Source of the DNA: an uncultured bacterium
Lineage (GTDB): Bacteria; Omnitrophota; Omnitrophia; Omnitrophales; Abzuiibacteriaceae
DNA length: 64,000 nucleotides
Direction: 5' to 3'
NCBI GenBank assembly: GCA_964387845.1
Contig: CAYLXA010000001.1
Span: 256,001-320,000 of the forward strand
In this document: positions 48,031-60,000 of the stretch, piece after piece
Numbering within the stretch: position 1 is the stretch's first letter
Layout of the letters: each line of letters starts with the position of its first letter
Program-made: the position numbers and the translations under genes
The notes under the pieces: generated by a model
Told to the model about the DNA's origin: nothing
Databases searched by the model: none
The model's input: only the letters and a program-made list of their open reading frames with translations

Positions 48031-51000
48031 TTATGCGGAGTAGAAAACCTGCATTTGCGCGCGGAACTTGCCGACCAAATATGCCGCGGCTGATAATACA
48101 TGGTCCACAAACGCTTGGTTCCAGATTATGACCTTGTCTGCGATTTTTTCAAGAAATGGAACGGCAACCGCGTCATCTGAAACACCGATAATGGCCATGG
48201 AAAGACCGAGATTTCTAAGTTCGGCGCGCGCCTTGTGGTAATCCTCAACGGGAACAATCCTATTTTTTGGATTTGCAATGGTTGCATTAATCTCGTCGAT
48301 GACGCGAAGCTCTGCGCGGTTTGTCACGATCACCATGTAAGAACCGTAAACATCCGAAAGATTCCGGCCAACCACAGCCAGACTTCCCTTTTCGCCGAAG
48401 AAAGCGTTACGCGTAAACACTTTCCCTTCCCGCATCTCTGATCGATTTTGAAGTGCTGTAACAATCTGATTGTCAAAACTGCGAGCGTTTGACACAATCC
48501 GGCGCATTTCGCTTCTCGCTACCGGTGCAATCTCAGTTTGCAAATCTCGGAATAACGGATTTTCTTTGACTTCAACTCTTCCTTTAGCAATGGTTTTTTC
48601 AGTCTTTGCAATGACGCGGAAATTAAAAACTGTTTCACCCGAAACTTCGGACTGCACCTTGGCCATAATTAGCGGGAGCCCCAAAACTTCGCTTTGCACC
48701 TTGTCTCCGATTTCAGTATTATTGAAAGCATCTGCTTGATTTAGAATCGACTTTTCAATCGCGCTTTGAAAATCGATTGGTTTGATTTTTTGAAGGCTTT
48801 CCGGCAGCAATTCCTTGTTAATTTCGCCTTCCAAATGAATACTGACATCATAACGGCTTCCAATTGTCTTTTGAGCGATTGTAAAATTCCGGTGTTCGCT
48901 TGTTAGCGATTTGACGCCCGCCTGCTCATAAAATTGAGCATCAATAACGGGAACCTCGCGGTCTGCGATCTCTTCTAAAATCCGGACCGCGCGATGAATA
49001 TATTTAGCGTGCCGGAAACTTCTTCGCTCATTTTCGCTCAGAGTCAAACTCCTGTTTTTCATCTGCAATTCCGAATACCAGCGCCGGAATAACTTCATAA
49101 TTTGAATCAGCGAAAGCGGCTGGTTAGCGCCGAGCGGATTGGATGAATTTTGTTCGTAAATTCTATTAATATCTGTCTCGCTTTGAGCTGTCCAGCTTGA
49201 TTTTTCCTGATTTAAAACCGCTTTAAGTACCGGAATATAAAAACCTGTGTCACGCTCAATCCACCAATTAAGCACATAAAGAGCGGCGAAGCGCGCAGAT
49301 TGGCGCAGCATATCCGGATTAAAGTTTTTAGGCGCTACTTCAATGAGCGGTTTCCATTCATCAACCGGAATAACCGGTTCAGCTAAGTATTGAAGCAGTG
49401 TTTCGAGGCCAACCTCATTTCCTTTTCCAAGCTCATCGGCTCTTGTCTTCCGGATTGTAAAATTAGGATGCGACAAATTTCTAAGAAGTTTTTGCACCGA
49501 ACGCAGTTCTGATTTTTGGCTGCCGGCATCAGGCCCAGGCATCGGCTCTGTCAATTTTTGGAAACGTTCGGCCAATTCGGTTTCTGAGATTTTAAACATT
49601 TCGTCAACAAACGCTTCGGAACCGCCAAGCTCCCCTCCGTCTTCTCCGAATAAACGGACTTCGACTAACTCATGAAACGCAACGGCAAATCTTTCGGCCG
49701 ATATCCTTTCTTCATCCGTTTTGAATTCAAACTGAAAAGCGAGACGCGTATCCTTAACCGCTTCAAGCGTCATCAAGGCCATCGGATTATCCGCTTCGAT
49801 CCATTCAGCACTCCCTTTGTTCAGATTTTTGATCTTAACAGAAACATTTTTTGCTAGGGCGGCTTGCGCCATTTCGACAATGAACATCGCTGGACTCGCA
49901 TGGACACCTTGCCGGTTCTTGACCGTAACATTGATCTCAATGCTGTTACTTTCCCCTTCCCGCAATTCCGACATGTTTCTATCAGTCGGCGTTACGGACT
50001 TTTTATATTCATTAATCTGATGATCGAGAAAAGCTTCGTAACTATCAATGGCCTGGCTTGTTTGCGCCAACCACTCTTCTTCTTCTTTCAATAATAGGCC
50101 ATGTTCTTCTTTCATTCCCTTCAAAGCAGACTTTGCTTTTCGAAGCTCTGGTAATATTCTGAGATAATAATCGTTCGCTTCCGCGGCTAGAGAATTGCCT
50201 CGATCCGAAACTGACAAAATAAAGCTGCTGAAACGATTCAACAAAACTTCCGTGCGGCTCAATAAAATCTTAATTCTGAGCTGCTGTTCATCCAAAGCGA
50301 TTCGCCTCGGTTTGATAAGAGAATAATAAAGGAGCGCTCCGACTCCTATGCCTATCGCGCCCGCTGAAATACCGATAACGGTATAATTTCGTAATTCAGA
50401 ACGATGTTTAGGCGGACGGGGAAAACTTTGAAAAGGCCCCCTGCGCGCAGCGCGGACAGCCTGAATTCTCGCCGTCACTTCTTCAATAGTATCTAAGTCA
50501 CCGGCTAATTCTGCGTTATGAAGCTCGACTTCCAATCTTGCCAAATCCGTCGAGTGATGCGATTGGTCTACAGCAAACGGAAGCTCGATCGGCTCCTCAT
50601 TTTCCAAATCATTGCGCAGTTCCGAACGGACACCGGATTTTTCGCGAGGCGGCTGTTCAGATTTCGGCGGAACCGGGATCCATCCTTCCCACCGGCGGTA
50701 AACATGCGTAGGCCGCGTCCCTACTTCATTGGAAATATTTTTACCGCGCACGCCATGAACCTGATGGGCTTCATCACGCCGTAAAACTTCGGCTCTTTGT
50801 GCACGAAAATAATCATCCGTAAAATGAGTGATTTCGCCGGTTTTTAAGCCCGCGCGGCGCCAGTCAATGTGCCCTTCGGGATGAACAACACGCATATCTT
50901 TCTTCAGTACCTGCAAAGCTCCGGAAAATGCGGCGTGATTAAACAAAATAACTGTTTTCCCGCGATACTGCTCGTTCATGCGTTTCCAAAAAGCGGCGGC

Positions 51001-54000
51001 GCGGATGATTAAATGGGCAAAACTTTCGCCATGCTCAGGTTTCGCCAAAACACTCCACTTTTGATAACTTCGCGCGGCCTTGAATTGTTCCCGGCCAAAC
51101 TGCGCCTTAATTTGCTCATTGGTGAGCCCTTCCCATTCGCCTTGAAAAATTTCTTTTGTATCGGGATCAATCATCACTTTCAGTTCAATTCCTAATTTTT
51201 CACGTACCAACCGGATAAATGGTTCTGCCGTATCCCGCACACGCCCAAGCGGATTAATGATCACCACAAACTGATCCGGATTTGCTGTGATTTGGTCTTT
51301 AAACTTTTCAAATAATTTTTCAGCGTCAGCTTGCGCTTGCACGCGCCCTTTTGGCGTCAACTGCGCGCCTTCGTTATCCATACCGCTTCCCTGAAACCTC
51401 TTTCTCCCTGTTCTTAGCCCTTCCGCAATGATGTGAGTTTCTCCGTGGCGGATAACGTAAAGATCCAGATCAAGCGCCGGTGGGAAATAAGGCTCTTTAT
51501 AAAAAAGCTGCCCGGTCGATTGATTGACCCAAAAACCCATTTGTTGCAATGTTTCGGAAACATTTTTTCGCAATTCCACCCTCGCCTTCATTAATAAATC
51601 CGGCTGTATTGCACTGGTCGGAACCACAAGTTTGCCGTTTTCCCAATAGACCAGCGCACTCAAAAACTGGAACATGACCGGATCATGTTTTCTCACAAAA
51701 TCAGGGTCAAGCCAGTAAAGAGACTGGGCTTCAAAGAAAAACTCTCGCGCAGAAACAATGCTGTATCGGCTCAAAAACTGCGTTTCAATTTCTTCTTGAG
51801 AATAATCAAGCACCTGCTTCTTTTTCCCAAATTGCCTTTCAAGTGCCTGCAGCCTAGTCTCATAAATCCGTTTTGCAATCTGATAAACTGCTGTTTTATC
51901 GTGTGGAATGTTCACAATAGAGAGTGGTAAATTTTTATTCGCAAAATGCTCTAAGCGCTCAAAGTTAATCGGCAGCGCATACTGATTATGCTCAACGAGC
52001 GTTTCCGCAAGTTCGTGAGTCAGGAGCCGTTCTAAATAAGTAAAGTCCTTATCCCTCACCTTCAAAAATTCATCGCTCACTGGCCCGTCATAGGAGATCG
52101 GATGATCGCCCGCATAAAGTGAAAGAAAGATCGATTTAACATTGGACAGCACAGGATGAAGGGAGTGATAGGTAACGCCTCCCAAATGATCTCCGTTGCG
52201 TCTTACGATAGAACGCGCAATAAATACTTGGGCATTGAGCATTTTAAAAAGCGGTGCAATTGCAATGCCGGCCCTATGGCTTTCAAGGAAATGATTGAGC
52301 TGGCCATATAACTTACGCGCTAATCTCCAGTCGGTTTCACTGTTTAATCCATGCAATACATCAGTCCGAATATGTGCAGAAGAGCCTTGTAGATAACCCA
52401 AAACAATTTGACGCAATTCCGCCCTTGCCCCCTTTGAAGAAACATTTTCATGATCCGCTGGGGCCGAGGGGCTTTCTTGTAGTTCTTGCAAAATTAATAT
52501 CACTTCGTCCGGAAGTCCTAATGCGCTTAAAGCATCCTTGGCGCTTTCGAGCTGATGAAAACTGAAATGATCCGCAAATCTTTCTGCGCGAGACTTATTT
52601 CCCAGCAACCCTGTCAAAAATGGGATAGCCAACTCACGAAAATGAATGCACCATGGCTCCGCTTGAAGAATCCGGTTGGTCAGATAAAGCAGTTTTTTAA
52701 GCTGTTTAAACGATAAATCGCTATCTTGAAGCGCGGCACGGATTGCGTCATGGCCTGCATCCAACAACATAGTCTTAGGGGCAGCACTTTCCGCTTCGGA
52801 ATTCCTGAGCTCGGAACGTATGGCTCTAGATTTAATAGCAACGCTGCCGAGATACACATTGCCGCTCTGGTGATAAAGAAGCGGGTTTTCGTGGCCATCC
52901 ATGCTGATAACGTCTCCATCCGCGATATCACGGCCGGCGATGAGCCAAAGATGCTTTTCCGGCTGGAACACCATGTCCGGAACGCCATAAACGGCCGAAA
53001 TGCCTTCTTTCTGCGCCAGCGTTTCCGCATGCACTGAAATGGTCTTCGCTAAAATATGAACCCCTTTTGGAATCCGGTTAATCATTTCGGGATTCACTCT
53101 GTCCAAGATCAAAATAACGCCGTCAACATCCGCTCGGGGATGAGAAACAAGTTCGCCCAAAAGCTTTTCCGCTGCTTCTATCGAATTAGCCGCCAAACCG
53201 CGAATCGCACCGCCGCTCACGCCATGGCCGCGCGCAATCGGCTGATTGTCAGTCGAGTCGGCAAATTCCGGATATTGATCCGTCACAAAATCATCATTGC
53301 TTTGGACAATCCATATCTTTCCGCGCTCAATCGTGAATTCAAACTGCTGGTTGTAACGGAAAATGTTCTTGAGCTTACGCGCGTACTCGAACACTTGTGC
53401 GTAAAGCTCCGGCTGCAATGCTTCAAATGTTTGTTCATCCGGCCGGATTCGCTCACCATTTCCGATTAAAATGTAATTTTGGCCGGCACGGCTCATCAAT
53501 TGATCGCCGATCGAGTGAAACCGAAATTTACCTTGGAGCACGTCATGGCCGTCCGGAAGTGTTCTCAAAACTGCGTGCCCCGCGCCTGAAATTTTCCCGT
53601 CATCAGTCGGCTTTAAATTTCCGAAAACGCCTTTCTGCAGAATAACGACCGTTCCCCACTCTTGCGAAATCTGATGCCGTGTACGATACGCGCGTGCCTC
53701 TTCGGAGTCCCACGATGCATAAACCGCTTCGACTGCCATCATGACCTGATCCATCATGTCGTTTGGAATTATTTTGCCGTGCCGCGCCACGATTGCTTTG
53801 CACTGTTCCACCACTGCCTTCATGCCGTCTGCCGACAAATCTTCCTTTTCTTTAACATTCAAAACCTGCTCAAATTCCGCCTCAGGAATACCGAGCACAT
53901 TGATCGAAAATGACCGGATAAATTCCGCGTAGGTGTCATACGCAAACCACGCATCGCCGCTTTTTTGGGCAAGCGCTTCGGCTTCCGCGTCGTTCATGCC

Positions 54001-57000
54001 CACATTCGACACAGTAGCCAAAAGGCCGGGCAGCATGAAAGCAGAACCGCTTCGCGCGTACAAAATAAGCTTGAGGTCGGGATACTCGGAGTAGCGTTTG
54101 AGCCGTTCGATTTCGGCTGCGATTTTTTGACGGAATTCGTCCGACCTGAAAATGTCGGGTTTCGTCACTAACTTGGCGCTCAAGATGACACCCGGCGGTA
54201 CGGGAATCCTCTCGTGCGTCATGCGGATCAAGTTCAGGCCCTTTTTGCTCCAAAGCGAGAGAAGTTCCGGCCGTTCATCCGTTTCATTTTCGCCAAACCG
54301 GTACAAATGTTGCTCGAAATCATCCGGCCTTTCCGCGCCGGCATCCTCACGGATGGCTTCGTCCTGGCCTTGCGAAAGCGCAGAAGCGAGAACAGCATCA
54401 AATTTCATGAGCGCGCGGTCAAATGCCGTCGCGCCGGAATTCCGGATCAGCTCATCAATCACCGCGGCTTCAAGTCTCTCTTTTCCTTCAGGCGGAAAGT
54501 CATAAATTTGATAAGTCTGATCATCCTCTGTTTTGGTTTTGATTTTAAAGAGGCTGGTATGTTCGCGCCATAATTTTGCCAGATCGTGATAACCAACTTC
54601 ATCCAAGCTGTATTGCATGGCCGCGCGCATGGTGTTATTTAGTTGCCGGGTAATTTTGTGGACTTCGGCCTCAAGCGTGTGGACCAAATCGTAGAGCTGC
54701 GACGCCTTAATGCTGCCCGAATCAAGCTCAACCATCAATTGATCAAAATCGACACCACCCAGCCCTGAAGCCTGAATAAACCGGCCGAGCGCAATGAGAT
54801 TGGGCAATTCGCGCCGCAAATCGTCTACAGAATTTATTTTTTCAATCTTTTCCTGGACGTGAGCAATCTTTTCCGAAGCTAAAATCGATAATTTCTCGCT
54901 CATTTCAACCAACGTGCGTAAATCATATAGATAATCACCTTCTTCATGCATATCGTTCCACTCCTGGTCTATATCATCCGCATCCTCATCGGCCGAATCT
55001 TCGCCGTCCCGCCCAATGCTCTTCTCTGCCTGTCCCAATACTTTTTTCTGATTTTCCTCTCCGGAAAGCAAAAACTCTTTAAGATCATTTTGCACTTTCA
55101 CGATGGCGGAGAAAATGGCCGCATGATCATCAGAATCGATCAACATAAGCAGCCGATCGTAATCCTCCCGCATAAACCGGGTAATGGCCGTCATTTTCTT
55201 TTTCAAGTACCCACCGTCACGCAGATCTTCAGTTTCTCCTTTTAAGAAAGGAACGATCGTCGCGACGCGAGTTCCGAAATGATCCGCAAAAGCCAAATAA
55301 AGTTGAGTCATTAATTGAACGCGTTCATAGTCAATCTCGGACACATCTTCATCCCGGTTCGCTTCTTCATAAATCGCGACTACTTCACGCTCCGGAATGT
55401 CCAGGATTTCATCCAGAAAAGCCTCCGGATCGCTTTTGCTGATTTTCCCTTTGGCCGCAAGCGCTTTGACAAAACGGTTCAAGAGTTTTGAATAAGTTTG
55501 AAGAGTCGCTGGATTGAAATCTTTTGTCATATCATCCCGCAGCAGAGTCCAGTTGCTTTCCTTTAAAATAGACTCATCAAGCGTCAACCAATAAGCAAGA
55601 ACTCTTCTCGTATTCTCAAAGTCACTTCTATTCAAGTTTCGATGAATACCGTCTCTAAAATGGCTGAACCATCCGCGGCCAAACTCGCCGGGATAAGAGG
55701 CATTATTATCAAGCCGTCTTGAATAGCTGATAATACGGTCCTGCGAATTATCCGTAGAGACGCCGCCCTTGCGTTCGGCTTCGATGACTTTCATTAAATA
55801 AAAATAGGCCGCTCGGGCGTTTGGTTGATGGAGCAAATACAAGGACATCTGCGGATACTCTATGCGCTTTCTGCCTTCGCTTGGAATATCACGCACAAGG
55901 CCTTGGGCTGCCACAAAAGCAGCGGCAAGCGGATCCGCCGGTGAAACGCTCAGCAAGATAGAAATCAGTTCCCTGAAAAATTCGTGGCCTATGGTTCGGA
56001 GGTGCAGCAGAAGGTGAATCAGTTTACCCAAGTCGTCAGGACTTGCTTGGCGGAAAGTTGCTTCTAAATCATGGTGGATATCAGCTTTGATGTAATGCTC
56101 ATTAAAGTAAGCGGCTGCCAACTCAAGAAAAATCCGGTTCTCTTCCGGCGAATTTGTTTTAGAGAGGTAAATCGGAATCAAATGCTCTTTAAAGAAAGCA
56201 TCCGTCATTCTATAGCGGTCGGGCGACATCGCGCTCGACACGTACCACAAGTAGCTCTGTTTCTTATCCAGCGGTAAATCTGCTTTTAAAATAAACTCGC
56301 GAATCAAATTCTGCAGATGCTCTTTAGAATTTTTTTTAAGTAGGTCGATAATCGCCTCTTTCCTCGCCCCGACGGCTTGATTTTGCTCAAACGACAGGTG
56401 CTTGCCGCCTCTTCCAAAACTTAGTTTCATGAGTGTTTGGTAATCGCGCAGCGCTTTTTCGAATTCTTTATAAGACATTGGGTTTGTACGACCGTCCGAC
56501 CTGAGCTCGGAACGTTTTTGGGCAGTAAGTGTTTTTAAATTCGGAAAAAGTGTGCGGAACGGTTCGCCGAAAAAGAGGCGGCGTCGGACAGCCTCTTTGC
56601 GGCGATGAATAAATGCGGCTTGAGTCGGAAAAATAAGATGCCTCGGCAGAGGAGCGTATTTTAAATAAACAGGAGCTGATGTATTGATACCAACATTTAA
56701 TTCCGGGTCTTGCAAATTCGGCAGCGGAAGCGTGAGCACCGCATCCCGCAGAGGATTTTTACTGCGGTCACCGATTGTGCGAATCAGCATGCTGGCTTGA
56801 ACCTCGCTTACATCCCACGGTGAACGGAATCCCAGCCGAACCCAGTCAGATTCATTACGCGATAAAACTTCCGCGACCAGTTTTTCTATTTTTTCATTCG
56901 AAATTTTTCGGCCCGTTTCAACACCGTTCTGATCCAGTTCGGGAACATCGGTCAGCATCCGGCTTAGATATTCCGTCATGGATTGTTTTCCGGTGCGGCG

Positions 57001-60000
57001 TTTTGTATCGTCCGGCCAAAATCTGGCGCCATACTTCAGTGAGAATATTTTTACGCCCAGATCTGTGGATCTGTAACCAAACTTCCAATCATGAACGTCT
57101 TGATCCAGCATGACCGATAAGGCCCATAGCATCAAATTTCGATACGTGAAACCCGGATAAGACTGCGAGAATTTTCGTGTAGACGGCGGTATATCGGCCA
57201 AACGTTCTTCGGGCCATGCCGATACAACACTAATGAACCGCTTGACATAATCGGCCAGCAGCTCGTTGTCCGAGGGTTTCTTGATTTCTTTCCCGTCAAA
57301 TTCCTCAATATGAAGACCGGTCGGACGCAGATGTATGACTTGCGTCAAGCCCAATGTCCAGTAAGCGTAAAATAAATCCTCTAAACCACCCGCAAGCAGA
57401 TGATCCAGACGGCCTGCAAATTTTTCAAATTCGTCCAGGTCTTTGAAATAGGGATCGATTAACGTTGCCAAAAATTGGTTGAGGTTGCCGAATTTCTTGT
57501 CAAGGCCCCGGTTTTCCCATTCCCGGCGCAATTCGACGCCGAGCTCGCGTAATTCCCTATTCGAAAATCCTTCGGGCAATACCTTGCTCCAATAAATGCG
57601 CCTGTCCTCTGAGCCGCTTCTGGGCCAAAACCGATTGGAGTCGTGCGGGCTCAATAGAAACGTCAGAGCTTCAAGGATATCGCCTTCCGTCAGACTGTCA
57701 TAAATCTTATTCGGAGAGCCCGCTTGATCCATCAAATCGCGAATCACATCCATAACTTGATCGACTTTTGAACGTTGGGTGACCGCGGCAGTTTGCCTAA
57801 GTTCCGAACGGTTTTTCAGAATTTGCCGCCGTTCTTCGAGCGTAAAAAATTGTTTTTCGTAAGCTCTTTTTGCGGCTTCCCGGATTTTTCTATTAAACCG
57901 GTCTAAATCAGTTATTTCCTTCTTTAAAAAATCAAGCCACTGTTTTGGTTCAATGGTCATTTCCCCGAAAAATTCGTCGCTCAAAAGCATCAACAGCTGC
58001 ACAAATGCGACTTTGTACAAAGGATCTTCCTGATCCAAGGCAGCCCGCATCGCATCTGATACCGGAAGTACCGGATTCAGATAAGGGAACAGGATTTGAG
58101 CCGGATAGGACGACCGGATTAATTCATTCAATTTAGCTTCTACTTCAAAGTAAGCATGGGCCAACAACCCCTGCTGATCGCCTTCATACCCGCCCAGCGC
58201 ATGAGCCAGCAAACTTCCGGGACGCAGGATAGCTTTCATCACATTAATCCAATAGAGCGATGTTGAGTAATCGTTTTCTCCCTTATAAAATTCGTTTGCA
58301 AACACATAGGCATCGGAATGGCTAAGTTCCTCCTCTAAAACTCCGCTCCGGTATAATTGTGCGACATACCCATAATCGCCCAAACTATAAAAATGCATTT
58401 GAATCCAATCTCGTAAGTAAGCGACGGGTGATTGATCAAAATTGGGAAATTGATACTGGCCCGTTTCATATAACTTTTTCAAATTTTGGTAATAATCAAA
58501 ATTTTCTATCGAAGGAACGTCGGTGCCTTCAATAATGACAATATGCCTGTCTTTCGCAAATGCACTTAGGTAACTGTCGCTCTTTCCGTCTCTCGATTTG
58601 AGGCGAACGGTGTAAACCGGAACAAACCGGCCTGCCGCAGAGCGCTGAGATTCCCTTTTGATAATTTTACCGACCAAGAGTCCGCTGCCGTTCACTATGT
58701 CCACGATCAGGCCACGTGGAATTAAAATATCGTCCGCGATTTTTGTTCCTATTTTTCCGATATCATAAATAGAAATCAAATCTTTGTGGCCAAATGAAAA
58801 AGCGGCATCAAAATCCGGTGAAAGAGGCCTGAGAACCTGGTTGAATGTTTCAACGGCCTCAAGACGGTTTAAGTCATTTAGACTGGCTTTTTCGACTAGG
58901 TACTTTAGCTTCGGCCAATAGCTCACCCAAAACCATTCCACAACATCAAAGCTGGGGCTATCCGGATTTAGGAGCCTAAACTCTCTGATTAAGTTGAGAA
59001 TTTGATTCGCCTGGCTGGTGTTGAGCGTGATCTTTCCGCGCAAAGCTTTGATAATGCCTTGCGCATTTAAATTTTGAGTTTCCAAAAATTCTTTCAGAAC
59101 ATCTACGGTAAAAAAGCGTTTAATATTTTTTACGCTTAATTTCGAAATGATGAGAGCATGCAGCGTTTGAACCGGATCCGTATTTACTGCTTGTGCCGTC
59201 TGATTGCGCAATTCAGAGCGGAGTAGCTCAGACTGCGGGGCAGCGGTTTGACCTTGCAACGGGATTTCCCAGAAATTGCGGGCGTTGCGGGCAGAATCGA
59301 AGAATGCTCTGGCTTTCGCACGGTTGCCTTTGGTTAACTCGAATAATCCAAAAATAATTGCGTAAGCTCTTTCCGTAAAGCTACGCGACTTTTTTAGCAC
59401 AAAGTCACGGGCCAGCCACCGGTAACGGAATGCGTCAAAATGATACTGAAAACCGGCTTCCGGATCGTGAATCTTTTTAATTGTATTGCGCGAGGCTCCC
59501 TGAGAGTAGTGCTGATCTAAATAATCGCGGCCGTAGTTGGTAATCCCTGCATAGATCTTCTTAAAGCCCGAACGCCGCGCGACATCTTGAAGAATCTGAA
59601 TCGCTTCCGGCATCAGTTCATCGAAATATTTTGCACCGTCATTGTTAAACTCGAAACTGTTGACCGTTAGTACCGGATCTCCATTGTCTTCCGATGCAAT
59701 CATCCACATCTGTGCCCGATGCTGATAGGCATCGCCTGAACCCTTGTGATCGATGTCCGCCAGGATAATTCCGTCGTCACTCAGGAGAGAGGGCAAAATC
59801 CAGGAGACAAAATGCTGCAGAGAAATACAATTTCCGATGGCTTCACTTGAAGTGAGAAAATCTATCGCGCCTTTCAGGGTCTTTTTGTCGTGAATTCTTA
59901 TTCGAATTCCCTTTTCTTTATTTTCGTAAACCCTGCCCTTCTCAAATTCAGAAACATTGATGCCGATTGCCTGCATTTTTTTCTCAATGGCTGAAACATG

